Below, one piece after another: positions 8,177 through 15,819 of a DNA stretch of 41,012 nt; within the stretch, counting starts at the first letter, position 1; each line of letters begins with the position of its first letter. A program made the position numbers and the translations under genes. Where the stretch lies: the NCBI GenBank assembly GCA_964590935.1, contig CAZPXC010000005.1, forward strand, positions 1 to 41,012, given 5' to 3'. Under the pieces are notes generated by a model. The model was given only the letters and a program-made list of their open reading frames with translations, searched no databases and was not told the DNA's origin. Origin of the DNA: an uncultured Methanosarcinales archaeon (GTDB taxonomy: Archaea; Nanobdellota; Nanobdellia; Woesearchaeales; DSVV01).

Positions 8177-9589
8177 ATGAGCATACACAATTACAATGAT
8201 GAGATTGCACTCCTGCTGGAATGCAATCCCGGACTGAGCAATGAGATGATAGGTGTACTTCTAACAGCTGACTCCCTGTACAAGTCTGTCCCTGAGGACC
8301 AGGCAAGGTTCAGGGAGCTGTTTGCCCATATGGACCCGATGATTACTGCCAATAACCATGAAAAGCTGATCTTCCTGAAGTTTGTCAAGGACAGGTCAGA
8401 GAAAAGCATCATCAGGCAGAGGCTCAATTCTTATCTCAACATCAAGTTCAATGATATAACACACCTAAAGACATACGAGCAGAACAGGGCGCTGTTCAGG
8501 GAATATTCAGGCAATGTTTCAGAGGTCATAGACGGGGTTCTTAAATGGGCGGATTTTCCCAAGGAGCTGGTATCTATTCTCCGGGAAAAGGAAGAGGTCA
8601 GGAAGTGCCATGACTTTTACAGGATGCTTCAGCTATACAGGGACAGCGATGATGCGAGGCTGAGGTTCGAGATCCTGCGCAAGCTTGGGCTTATAATCCT
8701 CATTGCAAGGATCAGGAGAAGCGTTCTCGTGCAGGAAATGGACGATAAGATGATAAGTGTCTGGAAGGCTCTCAGGAAGAGGCTCGGCCACGAAAGGAAA
8801 AGCCGGAAGAGGCTGCATTTCTGGCTTGACCCTGTGAACAAGGTGAGGTTCTCTGAGGGTAAGAAGACAGCACTTGAACAATGGAAAAAAGACATGAGGT
8901 CTAGGCAGTGCATCGCCCTCAAGGGCTATCCTATGCAGGTATTTGATTATGTGCCTTTCATGACCCCTAAAGGAATAGAGATAGTGCATATGGAGATAAG
9001 GAACAAGCTCAAGAAGGACGACAAGACCGACTACACCTCTTTTGTGGAAAAGATGGTCCGCAAGAACCTTGAGTTCCCCAACCAGGTCCGTGATGTCATC
9101 GGCGTTAAGATAGTGGTCAATTCCGAAGATGATATACAGAATATGATAGACTTCCTTGAATCCTTCCTCGGCGGCAGCTCGACCCGAAAAAAGGAGAAGA
9201 ACTCATACCATAAGTTCGGCAGGAGAACCCTGAGCAGGTACTCCTCAAAAGACTACTTCGTATGGAAGGCCATATATGACATAACATTGCCGCATCCAGC
9301 ATTAGATCATGTCCAGAAGATGGTTGAGCTTACAAAAGGCAACAGTCATGCCCAGAAAGAGCTAAAGGAAAGGTATATGTTCCTGGTCGATAACCCGACC
9401 GATTTTATCATGGAGGTCCAGCTTCAGGACGTCAACTCATACCTGCAGAGCATTGTGCACGGAAGCCCGACCGCCCATACCTTGCTGAAGAAGAACCAGG
9501 TAAGGTCAAACTCGTTCTACAAGTTCTTTCCAAAAGAGATTTACGAGAAAGATATCCTGGCATTGAAGAATCACACCATATGCGAATAA
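8177..9589 (+). CDS. RelA/SpoT-like (RSH synthetase-fold) nucleotidyltransferase with ~290-aa helical N-terminal region
   Basis: Start ATG 8177 (track start 8171 is TTG) with GGGGGA 7 nt upstream. The C-terminal third aligns by eye with small alarmone synthetase motifs. MEIRNKLKKDDKTDYTSFVEKMVRKN matches hRhK..S...Kh.RK. VRDVIGVKIVVNSEDDIQNMIDFLES matches DIAGIRII....D. FIMEVQLQD matches EIQIRT. AHTLLKK matches H..YK. Key residues differ (K for R, QD for RT). Confidence 0.55.
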   Translation: MSIHNYNDEIALLLECNPGLSNEMIGVLLTADSLYKSVPEDQARFRELFAHMDPMITANNHEKLIFLKFVKDRSEKSIIRQRLNSYLNIKFNDITHLKTYEQNRALFREYSGNVSEVIDGVLKWADFPKELVSILREKEEVRKCHDFYRMLQLYRDSDDARLRFEILRKLGLIILIARIRRSVLVQEMDDKMISVWKALRKRLGHERKSRKRLHFWLDPVNKVRFSEGKKTALEQWKKDMRSRQCIALKGYPMQVFDYVPFMTPKGIEIVHMEIRNKLKKDDKTDYTSFVEKMVRKNLEFPNQVRDVIGVKIVVNSEDDIQNMIDFLESFLGGSSTRKKEKNSYHKFGRRTLSRYSSKDYFVWKAIYDITLPHPALDHVQKMVELTKGNSHAQKELKERYMFLVDNPTDFIMEVQLQDVNSYLQSIVHGSPTAHTLLKKNQVRSNSFYKFFPKEIYEKDILALKNHTICE

Positions 9590-9688
9590 AAAGTTCCTGC
9601 TACCGTAGAATGCAGAGTGAATCACCTGCTATTGTTTCTGTCCGGAAATATGCAGTTGAGCAGTTTGACAGGCTGGACAAGGACCAGG

Positions 9689-9859
9689 CTATCCTTTCAT
9701 CTTCTTCCCTTTTTGGCTGGCCTCCTCATCTGCAAGGCCCTTCTTGTATTCACCGACCGACCTGCCCATTGACCGCGCAAGCTGGGGCAGTTTTTTCGGC
9801 CCGAAGAGTATAAGGACAATGATGAGAATGACAATAACTTCAGGCATTCCTATGGCCAT
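9689..9859 (-). CDS. tatA: Sec-independent (twin-arginine) translocase subunit TatA/E, 56 aa; not in the supplied ORF track (<60 aa)
   Basis: Hand translation of the minus strand gives MAIGMPEVIVILIIVLILFGPKKLPQLARSMGRSVGEYKKGLADEEASQKGKKMKG-stop (TAG = 9689-9691). The TM helix followed by FGPKKLP and an amphipathic helix is the TatA signature. GGTGAT lies 7 nt upstream of the ATG. Confidence 0.85.
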   Translation of the reverse strand: MAIGMPEVIVILIIVLILFGPKKLPQLARSMGRSVGEYKKGLADEEASQKGKKMKG

Positions 9860-9940
9860 TATATATCACCAAAAGGAGGGAAAGCAGGCATGAAATATAA
9901 AATTTTTGGTGCGCCGGACATGTTACCATTCCGGGATAGA

Positions 9941-9954
9941 AAAATATTTAAATA
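9941..9954 (+). promoter_or_regulatory. TATA/BRE-like box of guaB (leaderless geometry)
   Basis: AAAATATTTAAATA ends 22 nt before ATG 9977. Confidence 0.55.
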
Positions 9955-9976
9955 TTGTTTTTAAGCCAGTGCATCA

Positions 9977-11461
9977 ATGGCAAAAAAGATAATCTATGAG
10001 CCAAGCCGGAGCCTCAAGCAGTACAGGCTGCTCACAGGCAGGACATCTGCCGGCTCTATCCCTCCAAAAGTCAGCCTCAGGACAAGGCTCTGCTGCTCTT
10101 CCGGGGGGCACGTACACCTCAATATCCCGCTTATCAGCGCTGCTATGCAGGCTGTTTCCGGAAAAAGGATGGCCATAGCGCTCGCGCAGCACGGCGGGAT
10201 CAGCGTGATACCATGCAGCATCCCCATTGATGAGCAGGCAGGCATCATAAAAGACGTAAAACGGTTCAAGGCAGGCTTCCAGAAAGATGTGGTGGCAGTA
10301 TCAAGGGATGACAAGATCTCTGGCATTGCAAAGATAATAAAAGAGAAGGGTTACGGAAAGTTTCCTGTAACATCTAACGGGAAAGGTGACGGCAGGCTGA
10401 TTGGCATCATAACCAGGAAAAATTTCGACATAAGGGAGCATGCGCAGGACAGGGTCAGCCAGCACATGGCGACGAAAGTGATCACAGCAGGAGTCGGTAT
10501 AAGCCTGCATGATGCGAACATGAAGATGGTAAAGCACGGCATTGATGTGCTGCCAATTGTGGATAAGAGAAATAATCTCAAACTTATGGTTTTCAAGAAG
10601 GACATGGAGAAGCACCTTGATTTTCCCAATAGCTCTGTTGACGAGGGCAAGAGGTATCTTGTTGCGGCTGCTGTCTCGACCCAGCCGGCTGACAGGAAGA
10701 GGATAGACGCTGTCATCAGTGCCGGAGCTGATGTCATATTTATCGACTCATCTGACGGCTACAGCGATTTCCAGGCCGAGACCCTCAAATACATAAGAAA
10801 AAGATCAAAGAGCATAAGCGTTGTCGGCGGCAATGTTATAACCGCCGAGGCGTTCGATTTTCTTGCCGAGGCTGGGTTTGATGCAGTCAAGGTCGGCATG
10901 GGCATAGGCTCTGGGTGCATCACCCAGGCACAGAAAGGCACAGGCAGGGGCCAGGCCACTGCCCTGATCGACATCTGCCTTGCAAGGGACGATCATTTCA
11001 GCCGGACAGGCAGGTACATCCCGGTGATATCAGACGGCAGCATCGCAAATTCAGGGCAGATAGCTGTAGCGCTTGCGCTAGGCGCTGACTCTGTGATGAT
11101 GGGGCGCTTCTTTGCACAGTTTACAGAGTCGGCAGGCGGCCTGAGGCAGCACCCGACGATGGGGCCTCTGAAGGAATACTGGATGGAGGCATCTGCCCGT
11201 GCAAGAAACTACGGCCGTTATGAGACAAGATCCGAGCTTTTCTTTGAGGAGGGAGTCGAGGGCTTTGTTCCCCATGTGGGTTCCATGTATGACCACCTGG
11301 GAGAGACCCTGCTCAAGCTGAAGTCTTCCTTCAGCAGCGCAGGATGCAAAAGCATTGATGAGCTGCACAAGGACTCGGTCGTGGAACTGCAGTCGATAGC
11401 CGCTCTTGAAGATTCAGATGTGCACGGCGTGATCACCCAGCAGCTGTTTTCTCAGCATTAG
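9977..11461 (+). CDS. guaB: Inosine-5'-monophosphate dehydrogenase (TIM barrel with inserted CBS pair)
   Basis: LNIPLISAAMQAVSG, an inserted CBS pair (~aa 95-210), DVIFIDSSDGYS, catalytic Cys loop GMGIGSGCITQAQKGTGRGQATAL, ISDGSI..SGQIAVALALGADSVMMG, EEGVEGFVPHVGS. The Cys loop deviates from the canonical GSICTT. Confidence 0.85.
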   Translation: MAKKIIYEPSRSLKQYRLLTGRTSAGSIPPKVSLRTRLCCSSGGHVHLNIPLISAAMQAVSGKRMAIALAQHGGISVIPCSIPIDEQAGIIKDVKRFKAGFQKDVVAVSRDDKISGIAKIIKEKGYGKFPVTSNGKGDGRLIGIITRKNFDIREHAQDRVSQHMATKVITAGVGISLHDANMKMVKHGIDVLPIVDKRNNLKLMVFKKDMEKHLDFPNSSVDEGKRYLVAAAVSTQPADRKRIDAVISAGADVIFIDSSDGYSDFQAETLKYIRKRSKSISVVGGNVITAEAFDFLAEAGFDAVKVGMGIGSGCITQAQKGTGRGQATALIDICLARDDHFSRTGRYIPVISDGSIANSGQIAVALALGADSVMMGRFFAQFTESAGGLRQHPTMGPLKEYWMEASARARNYGRYETRSELFFEEGVEGFVPHVGSMYDHLGETLLKLKSSFSSAGCKSIDELHKDSVVELQSIAALEDSDVHGVITQQLFSQH

Positions 11462-11490
11462 GTTACAATCTTACACCGTCTTGCAAAAAC

Positions 11491-11504
11491 ATAATATTTA
11501 ATAA
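11491..11504 (+). promoter_or_regulatory. TATA-like box upstream of array paralog A
   Basis: ATAATATTTAATAA ends 27 nt before ATG 11532, a longer spacing than in the other paralogs, so a short leader is possible. Confidence 0.4.
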
Positions 11505-11531
11505 TGCGGATTATAAGTTATTGTTATTAGT

Positions 11532-13442
11532 ATGGGAAACGGGTTTTTGTTTTTGATTGTCGGGATGTTTATTGTAGTTGGACTTGTGGGGGGTGTTAGC
11601 GCATATACTCTTCCGTCTGACAGGACAATTGACTGGCATGAGGTGGGGATTCCTGGAGGAATACCCTCCAGGACAACGATTTGTGCTGTAATAGATAGTA
11701 CAACCTATGGGAGTGGCACGACTGATGCAACAAGCGCAATACAATCAGCACTTAATTCATGCCCTGCAAATCAGGCAGTTTATATCCCTGCAGGCACGTA
11801 TCTTGTGAGTAGTACAATCAGGATTCCCAGTAATGTAACACTCAGAGGAGAAGGCAGTAATACAGTAATTCATGCTCAGGGTTCAGGCTCTTCACTTATC
11901 TCTTTTGGAAATAGCGCAACTCCTTCACCCTCGAATTCTGTCTCGATAACAGGCGGTTCTACAAAAGGTTCACAGACCATTACACTAAGTGATGCAAGCG
12001 GGATCTCAGTTGGATCTTATCTGATGGTTACTCAGCTTAATGATCCAGATCTAGCGACTATACAGAGTAGTGAGGGAAGCACTAGTTGCACATGGTGTGA
12101 TTTATGGGGCGGGACGCGTGTTATGGGTCAGATTGTTGAGGTCACAACCGTTAATGGAAATACTGTTGGGATATCACCGGGGCTCTACATGAATTACACT
12201 CTTACTCCGTATGCTACAGGATTTAATGCAGTAGCAAAGTATGCGGGCTTGGAAAACCTTAAGATTTCAATGTATAATACAGGTTATACTGCAAACATAA
12301 GGATGGACGGATCTGCGTATTGCTGGGTTAAAGGCATAGAAAGCGATTATACTGACGGAGATCATCTTGAGGCCTTGTCTGCTTATCGAGGAGAGATCAG
12401 AGATAGTTACTTTCATGATGCATATCATCATACTCCTGGCACAACTGATGCCGATGTTTTTATTGCTGAAAAGTCAAGCGGGTTTCTGGTGGAGAACAAT
12501 GTTTTAAGGAGGTTGCATTCAGCAATAATGCTTAACTGGGGAGCCTCTGGAAATGTTATTGCATATAATTATCTGGACGGTTGTTTTGATCAGGGTGCTA
12601 CAAATGTGTTGATTATGGATATGTCCATGCATGGCGCGCATCCTATGTTTAATCTGTACGAGGGCAATAGCATGGCGACTTTTGCTCCAGACGGCATATG
12701 GGGCTCATCCAGCCATAACACTGTATTTAGGAATAACATGCGAGGAACAACACTTATTTGTGAGCCTACTGGTAGTGTCCGTAGTCCAGAGACCACTGAC
12801 TGCCATTGGGCTGTGCAGGCAAACCGCGCAATCAGCCTCGGCTTTGCTTCTACGCATTACAACATCCTTGGCAATGCGGTCGGTAGCCCTGAAATGCTTG
12901 CACTCACGATCTATAATGGAGGGACTCCTATGGGCATGCAGACAACGACCATCTGCCCGCAGTCTACTTCATATGATGCAGTAGCTTATAGTTTTTCGTT
13001 TGGTCATGTAAGTGGTGTTGAGGATAATTGCATGAGCGGATGGGGTAACTCTTCATATACAACGGCGATTCTTCACGGTAATTATGATTATGTATCAAAT
13101 TCTGTCTTGTGGAACTCAGGCATTTCTGACCATAACCTGCCAAGTTCACTTTTTCTGACTTCAAAGCCAGCGTGGTTTGGAAATCTACAATGGCCCGCTA
13201 TAGGACCAGATGTAATCGGATATGTAAGCATGATCCCTGCTCAATATTGTTATGAACAGGGACTTATGCCAGGCTGTCTCATTAGTTCTCCTGCTGGTTC
13301 ATGTGCATCGGCAGCAGACAGCGATGGAGATTCAGTTGTTTCAAATGGAGAATTGGCATATTATATCTCTGAATGGAAGCATGGCAACGTCACGATCGGT
13401 GACTTGATCGCAGCCATCGGCGAATGGAAGAACGGGTGCTAA
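11532..13442 (+). CDS. Array paralog A: secreted right-handed beta-helix protein (Pectate_lyase_3-like N-terminus) with C-terminal tag
   Basis: Signal peptide MGNGFLFLIVGMFIVVGLVGGVSA. RTIDWHEVGIPGGIPSRTTICA and TTDATSAIQSALNSCPANQAVYIPAGTYLV resemble the start of tailspike/pectate-lyase-3 beta-helices. LPSSLFLTSKPAWFGNLQWPAIGPDV is shared with B and F. Tag at 13302-13439. Confidence 0.85.
   Translation: MGNGFLFLIVGMFIVVGLVGGVSAYTLPSDRTIDWHEVGIPGGIPSRTTICAVIDSTTYGSGTTDATSAIQSALNSCPANQAVYIPAGTYLVSSTIRIPSNVTLRGEGSNTVIHAQGSGSSLISFGNSATPSPSNSVSITGGSTKGSQTITLSDASGISVGSYLMVTQLNDPDLATIQSSEGSTSCTWCDLWGGTRVMGQIVEVTTVNGNTVGISPGLYMNYTLTPYATGFNAVAKYAGLENLKISMYNTGYTANIRMDGSAYCWVKGIESDYTDGDHLEALSAYRGEIRDSYFHDAYHHTPGTTDADVFIAEKSSGFLVENNVLRRLHSAIMLNWGASGNVIAYNYLDGCFDQGATNVLIMDMSMHGAHPMFNLYEGNSMATFAPDGIWGSSSHNTVFRNNMRGTTLICEPTGSVRSPETTDCHWAVQANRAISLGFASTHYNILGNAVGSPEMLALTIYNGGTPMGMQTTTICPQSTSYDAVAYSFSFGHVSGVEDNCMSGWGNSSYTTAILHGNYDYVSNSVLWNSGISDHNLPSSLFLTSKPAWFGNLQWPAIGPDVIGYVSMIPAQYCYEQGLMPGCLISSPAGSCASAADSDGDSVVSNGELAYYISEWKHGNVTIGDLIAAIGEWKNGC
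13302..13439 (+). other. 46-aa Cys-bracketed dockerin/EF-hand-like C-terminal tag (A)
   Basis: CASAADSDGDSVVSNGELAYYISEWKHGNVTIGDLIAAIGEWKNGC-stop. Confidence 0.8.
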
Positions 13443-13445
13443 AGG

Positions 13446-13459
13446 CAAAATTTAAATAT
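13446..13459 (+). promoter_or_regulatory. TATA/BRE-like box of paralog B
   Basis: CAAAATTTAAATAT ends 21 nt before GTG 13481. Confidence 0.55.
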
Positions 13460-13480
13460 CCATTATATCAAAGTAATTCT

Positions 13481-15775
13481 GTGAAAAAGAGGGCAACTGT
13501 TTTTGGAATTGTTCTGCTGATTGGATTATTTGTTTTTGCAAACTGGGCTGGTGCTGGCATAATATCTCCGGACAGAAGGATCGACTGGTCGCAGGCAGGT
13601 GTTCCCGGAGGGATACCCGACAGGACAACTGTCTGTGCAACACTCAGTCCCGGAGCGACTCTTTCGCAGATCAATTCTGCCATCCAGAACTGTCCTGCCA
13701 ACCAGGTAGTGTACCTAAGTTCCGGCACATACAACATAGCGGGACAGATAGAATTCAACAACAAAAAGAACGTGACGCTGCGCGGTGCAGGGGCTGACCA
13801 GACCCAGTTGGTCTGGAGCAGCGCTGGAGACGGGGCAGGGCTCGGGGCGACAATCTACATCAACAACGGCGATGACAACTATGGCCTCAGCCCGAAGAAC
13901 ACTGCAAGCTGGACATCAGGCTATGCCATGGGAACGACAGTCATCACCCTTTCCAGCACAAGGAACCTTCACGTCGGCAGCCAGCTTTACCTTGACCAGC
14001 TGGATGACTCAAGTCCAGGAGACGGCTGGTTCGTGAGCGGAAGCACGAGTTACAGTCAGCAGGGAGGGACTGAAGGCTTCGGGCGCCCGGGCCGGTTCCA
14101 GGTCCAGGTGGTGGTGGTGCAGGCAATCAACGGCAACCAGGTGACGATCAAGCCAGGCGTATACCTGCCGAATTTCCGTTCCAGCCAGTCGCCGGGAGCA
14201 TGGTGGTCGAACAACCTTCCTGCCACCGGAATCGGCATCGAGGACATGACTCTTGACTTCAGGAACGCGGGAAACCCTATTGGAGGGATATTCGCATGGA
14301 ACACCGAGGCGAGCTGGATAAAAGGGTGCCGCATTCTGAACCGGCTTGTCCACAAGCATATATGGCTCTACGGAGCATCCAGATGCACTGTCCGGGACAA
14401 TTATTTTTATGGCTCCACCGGAACATCCGAAAGCTACGGCGTTGACGTCGGCCCGGCATCTTCGGATGTATTGGTAGAGAACAACATATTCGATCATGTC
14501 ACGGCACCCATCCTGCAGGAAGATACGACCGGCCTTGTCGGAGCCTATAACTATGCAAAGGACGACTATTACATAGCATGGGACGCGTGGCAGCAGGGCT
14601 CGTTCTACCATCATCATGCAGGAGATGCCATGGTCCTCTGGGAGGGCAACATCGGCGTTGGGGTGTATTCCGACGACATACACGGAACATCAAACGGCTA
14701 TACTGTTTTTCGCAATTACTTGTATGGACTGGATATTGGAGAGGAGGTGAAGACAGCGAGCACGAACGCTCTGATGATTGAGGCGTTCAACCGCTTCTAC
14801 AACTATATTGGTAACGTGCTCGGCACAGCGGGATACTTCACGCATTATGAGCACATACCGACATCATCAACCGATCCGGGAAGTTCAGATTATTCCGATC
14901 ATTCAATATACAACATGGGATACTCGGCAAACCAGGGCACATACTGGTCAGGCCCTCCTTCCATACCAAACGATGTTCTTACTGCCACAGGATCTATGCG
15001 CTGGGGCAACTACGACTCGGTCAGCGGCACAGTGAGATGGAACGCAGACGAGGTGCCCAACGGGCTGAACCAGTACGCAAATCCTGTTCCCGGCGACCAC
15101 AACCTGCCAGCGTCGCTGTACCTTGCGGCAAAACCCAGCTGGTGGTCGTCAAATATTCCCTGGCCGGCAATCGGGCCTGATGTCAGCGGCGGCAACATTG
15201 CAGGAGTGGGAGGTCATGTATACAAGATCCCTGCCCAGGTCTGTTATGAAAACACTCCGAAGACAGGTGCAATCCTTGAGTTCAACGCAGATGACTGTTA
15301 TCCTACTGGTCAGGTTCCTTCAGACACAACCCCGCCGGTAAGAAGCAATGGGGGGCCATCAGGAACATTGGCATATGGCACAACTTCAACGACGATATCA
15401 TTGAGCACGGACGAAGCAGCAACATGCAGATACTCAACAACAGCAGGCGTTTCATATGCATCAATGACACACACCTTTTCAACGACAGGCGGGACAGCTC
15501 ATTCAACAGCTGTAGCAGGCTTGACAAATGGAGGAAGCTACAACTATTATGTAAGATGCGTTGACGGAGCAGGCAATGCGAATACAGATGATAGTTTTGC
15601 TATTAGTTTTAGTGTTGCAAGTCAGGCAACCTCATGTACATCTGATGCTGATGCCGATGGGGATTCGGTCGTTTCAACAGCTGAACTAATAGATTATGTC
15701 TCTGAATGGAAATCAGGAAGCGTTTCAATAAGCGACCTGATCGCTGCGATCGACGAATGGAAGAACGGCTGCTAA
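13481..15775 (+). CDS. Array paralog B: secreted beta-helix protein (same class as A) + beta-sandwich 'ATCRYS' module + C-terminal tag
   Basis: Start reassigned to GTG 13481 (GTGAAAAAGAGGG is homologous to ATGAAAAAGAGG of the paralogs); the track start 13424 lies inside gene A. Signal peptide VKKRATVFGIVLLIGLFVFANWAGAG. RRIDWSQAGVPGGIPDRTTVCA. 'ATCRYS' module ~15325-15625. Tag 15635-15772. Confidence 0.85.
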   Translation: MKKRATVFGIVLLIGLFVFANWAGAGIISPDRRIDWSQAGVPGGIPDRTTVCATLSPGATLSQINSAIQNCPANQVVYLSSGTYNIAGQIEFNNKKNVTLRGAGADQTQLVWSSAGDGAGLGATIYINNGDDNYGLSPKNTASWTSGYAMGTTVITLSSTRNLHVGSQLYLDQLDDSSPGDGWFVSGSTSYSQQGGTEGFGRPGRFQVQVVVVQAINGNQVTIKPGVYLPNFRSSQSPGAWWSNNLPATGIGIEDMTLDFRNAGNPIGGIFAWNTEASWIKGCRILNRLVHKHIWLYGASRCTVRDNYFYGSTGTSESYGVDVGPASSDVLVENNIFDHVTAPILQEDTTGLVGAYNYAKDDYYIAWDAWQQGSFYHHHAGDAMVLWEGNIGVGVYSDDIHGTSNGYTVFRNYLYGLDIGEEVKTASTNALMIEAFNRFYNYIGNVLGTAGYFTHYEHIPTSSTDPGSSDYSDHSIYNMGYSANQGTYWSGPPSIPNDVLTATGSMRWGNYDSVSGTVRWNADEVPNGLNQYANPVPGDHNLPASLYLAAKPSWWSSNIPWPAIGPDVSGGNIAGVGGHVYKIPAQVCYENTPKTGAILEFNADDCYPTGQVPSDTTPPVRSNGGPSGTLAYGTTSTTISLSTDEAATCRYSTTAGVSYASMTHTFSTTGGTAHSTAVAGLTNGGSYNYYVRCVDGAGNANTDDSFAISFSVASQATSCTSDADADGDSVVSTAELIDYVSEWKSGSVSISDLIAAIDEWKNGC
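15635..15772 (+). other. 46-aa C-terminal tag (B)
   Basis: CTSDADADGDSVVSTAELIDYVSEWKSGSVSISDLIAAIDEWKNGC-stop. Confidence 0.8.
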
Positions 15776-15782
15776 AGAAACT

Positions 15783-15796
15783 AAATATTTTTAAAT
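15783..15796 (+). promoter_or_regulatory. TATA/BRE-like box of paralog C
   Basis: AAATATTTTTAAAT ends 23 nt before ATG 15820. Confidence 0.6.
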
Positions 15797-15819
15797 CCTG
15801 TTCATTCATTATAATATTT

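Noticed and set aside
9580-9813. 77-aa plus-strand ORF after the RelA/SpoT-like gene
   Set aside because: It is antisense to the TatA gene, which has a clear family signature and an SD. The plus-strand product has no features and starts inside the upstream gene's last codons.
9689-13442. Functional link between TatA and the array (Tat-dependent export)
   Set aside because: The array signal peptides have Lys-rich n-regions (MKIKG, MKKR, MRKKG) and no S/T-R-R-x-F-L-K motif, so they look Sec-type. guaB separates tatA from the array, and tatA is on the opposite strand.
13424-13480. N-terminal extensions of array genes in the ORF track (MEERVLK..., MEIRKRFNK..., MEKWKCCDR..., MERWVLKK..., MSGRTGAEE..., MIGRTGARK...) starting at 13424, 15706, 17391, 25378, 28452 and 35863
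   Set aside because: Each begins at an out-of-frame ATG inside the conserved ...GAATGGAAGAACGG... (EWKNG) codons of the preceding gene and reads through that gene's stop and the TATA box. The homologous ATGAAAa.AaaGGGG start at the fixed 21-nt promoter distance, followed by a proper signal peptide, is the real start. The in-frame continuity follows from the conserved junction length.
14009-14683. Long antisense ORFs inside array genes (e.g. 14009-14683, 17114-17731, 22564-23076, 30767-31300, 39849-40148)
   Set aside because: They lie opposite strongly supported sense genes, mostly in GC-rich bodies where stop codons are rare. Recurrent peptide strings such as QLPAGTLTVSP are just the reverse complement of the conserved GDTVNVPAGSCTW codons. 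They have no start context or promoter.
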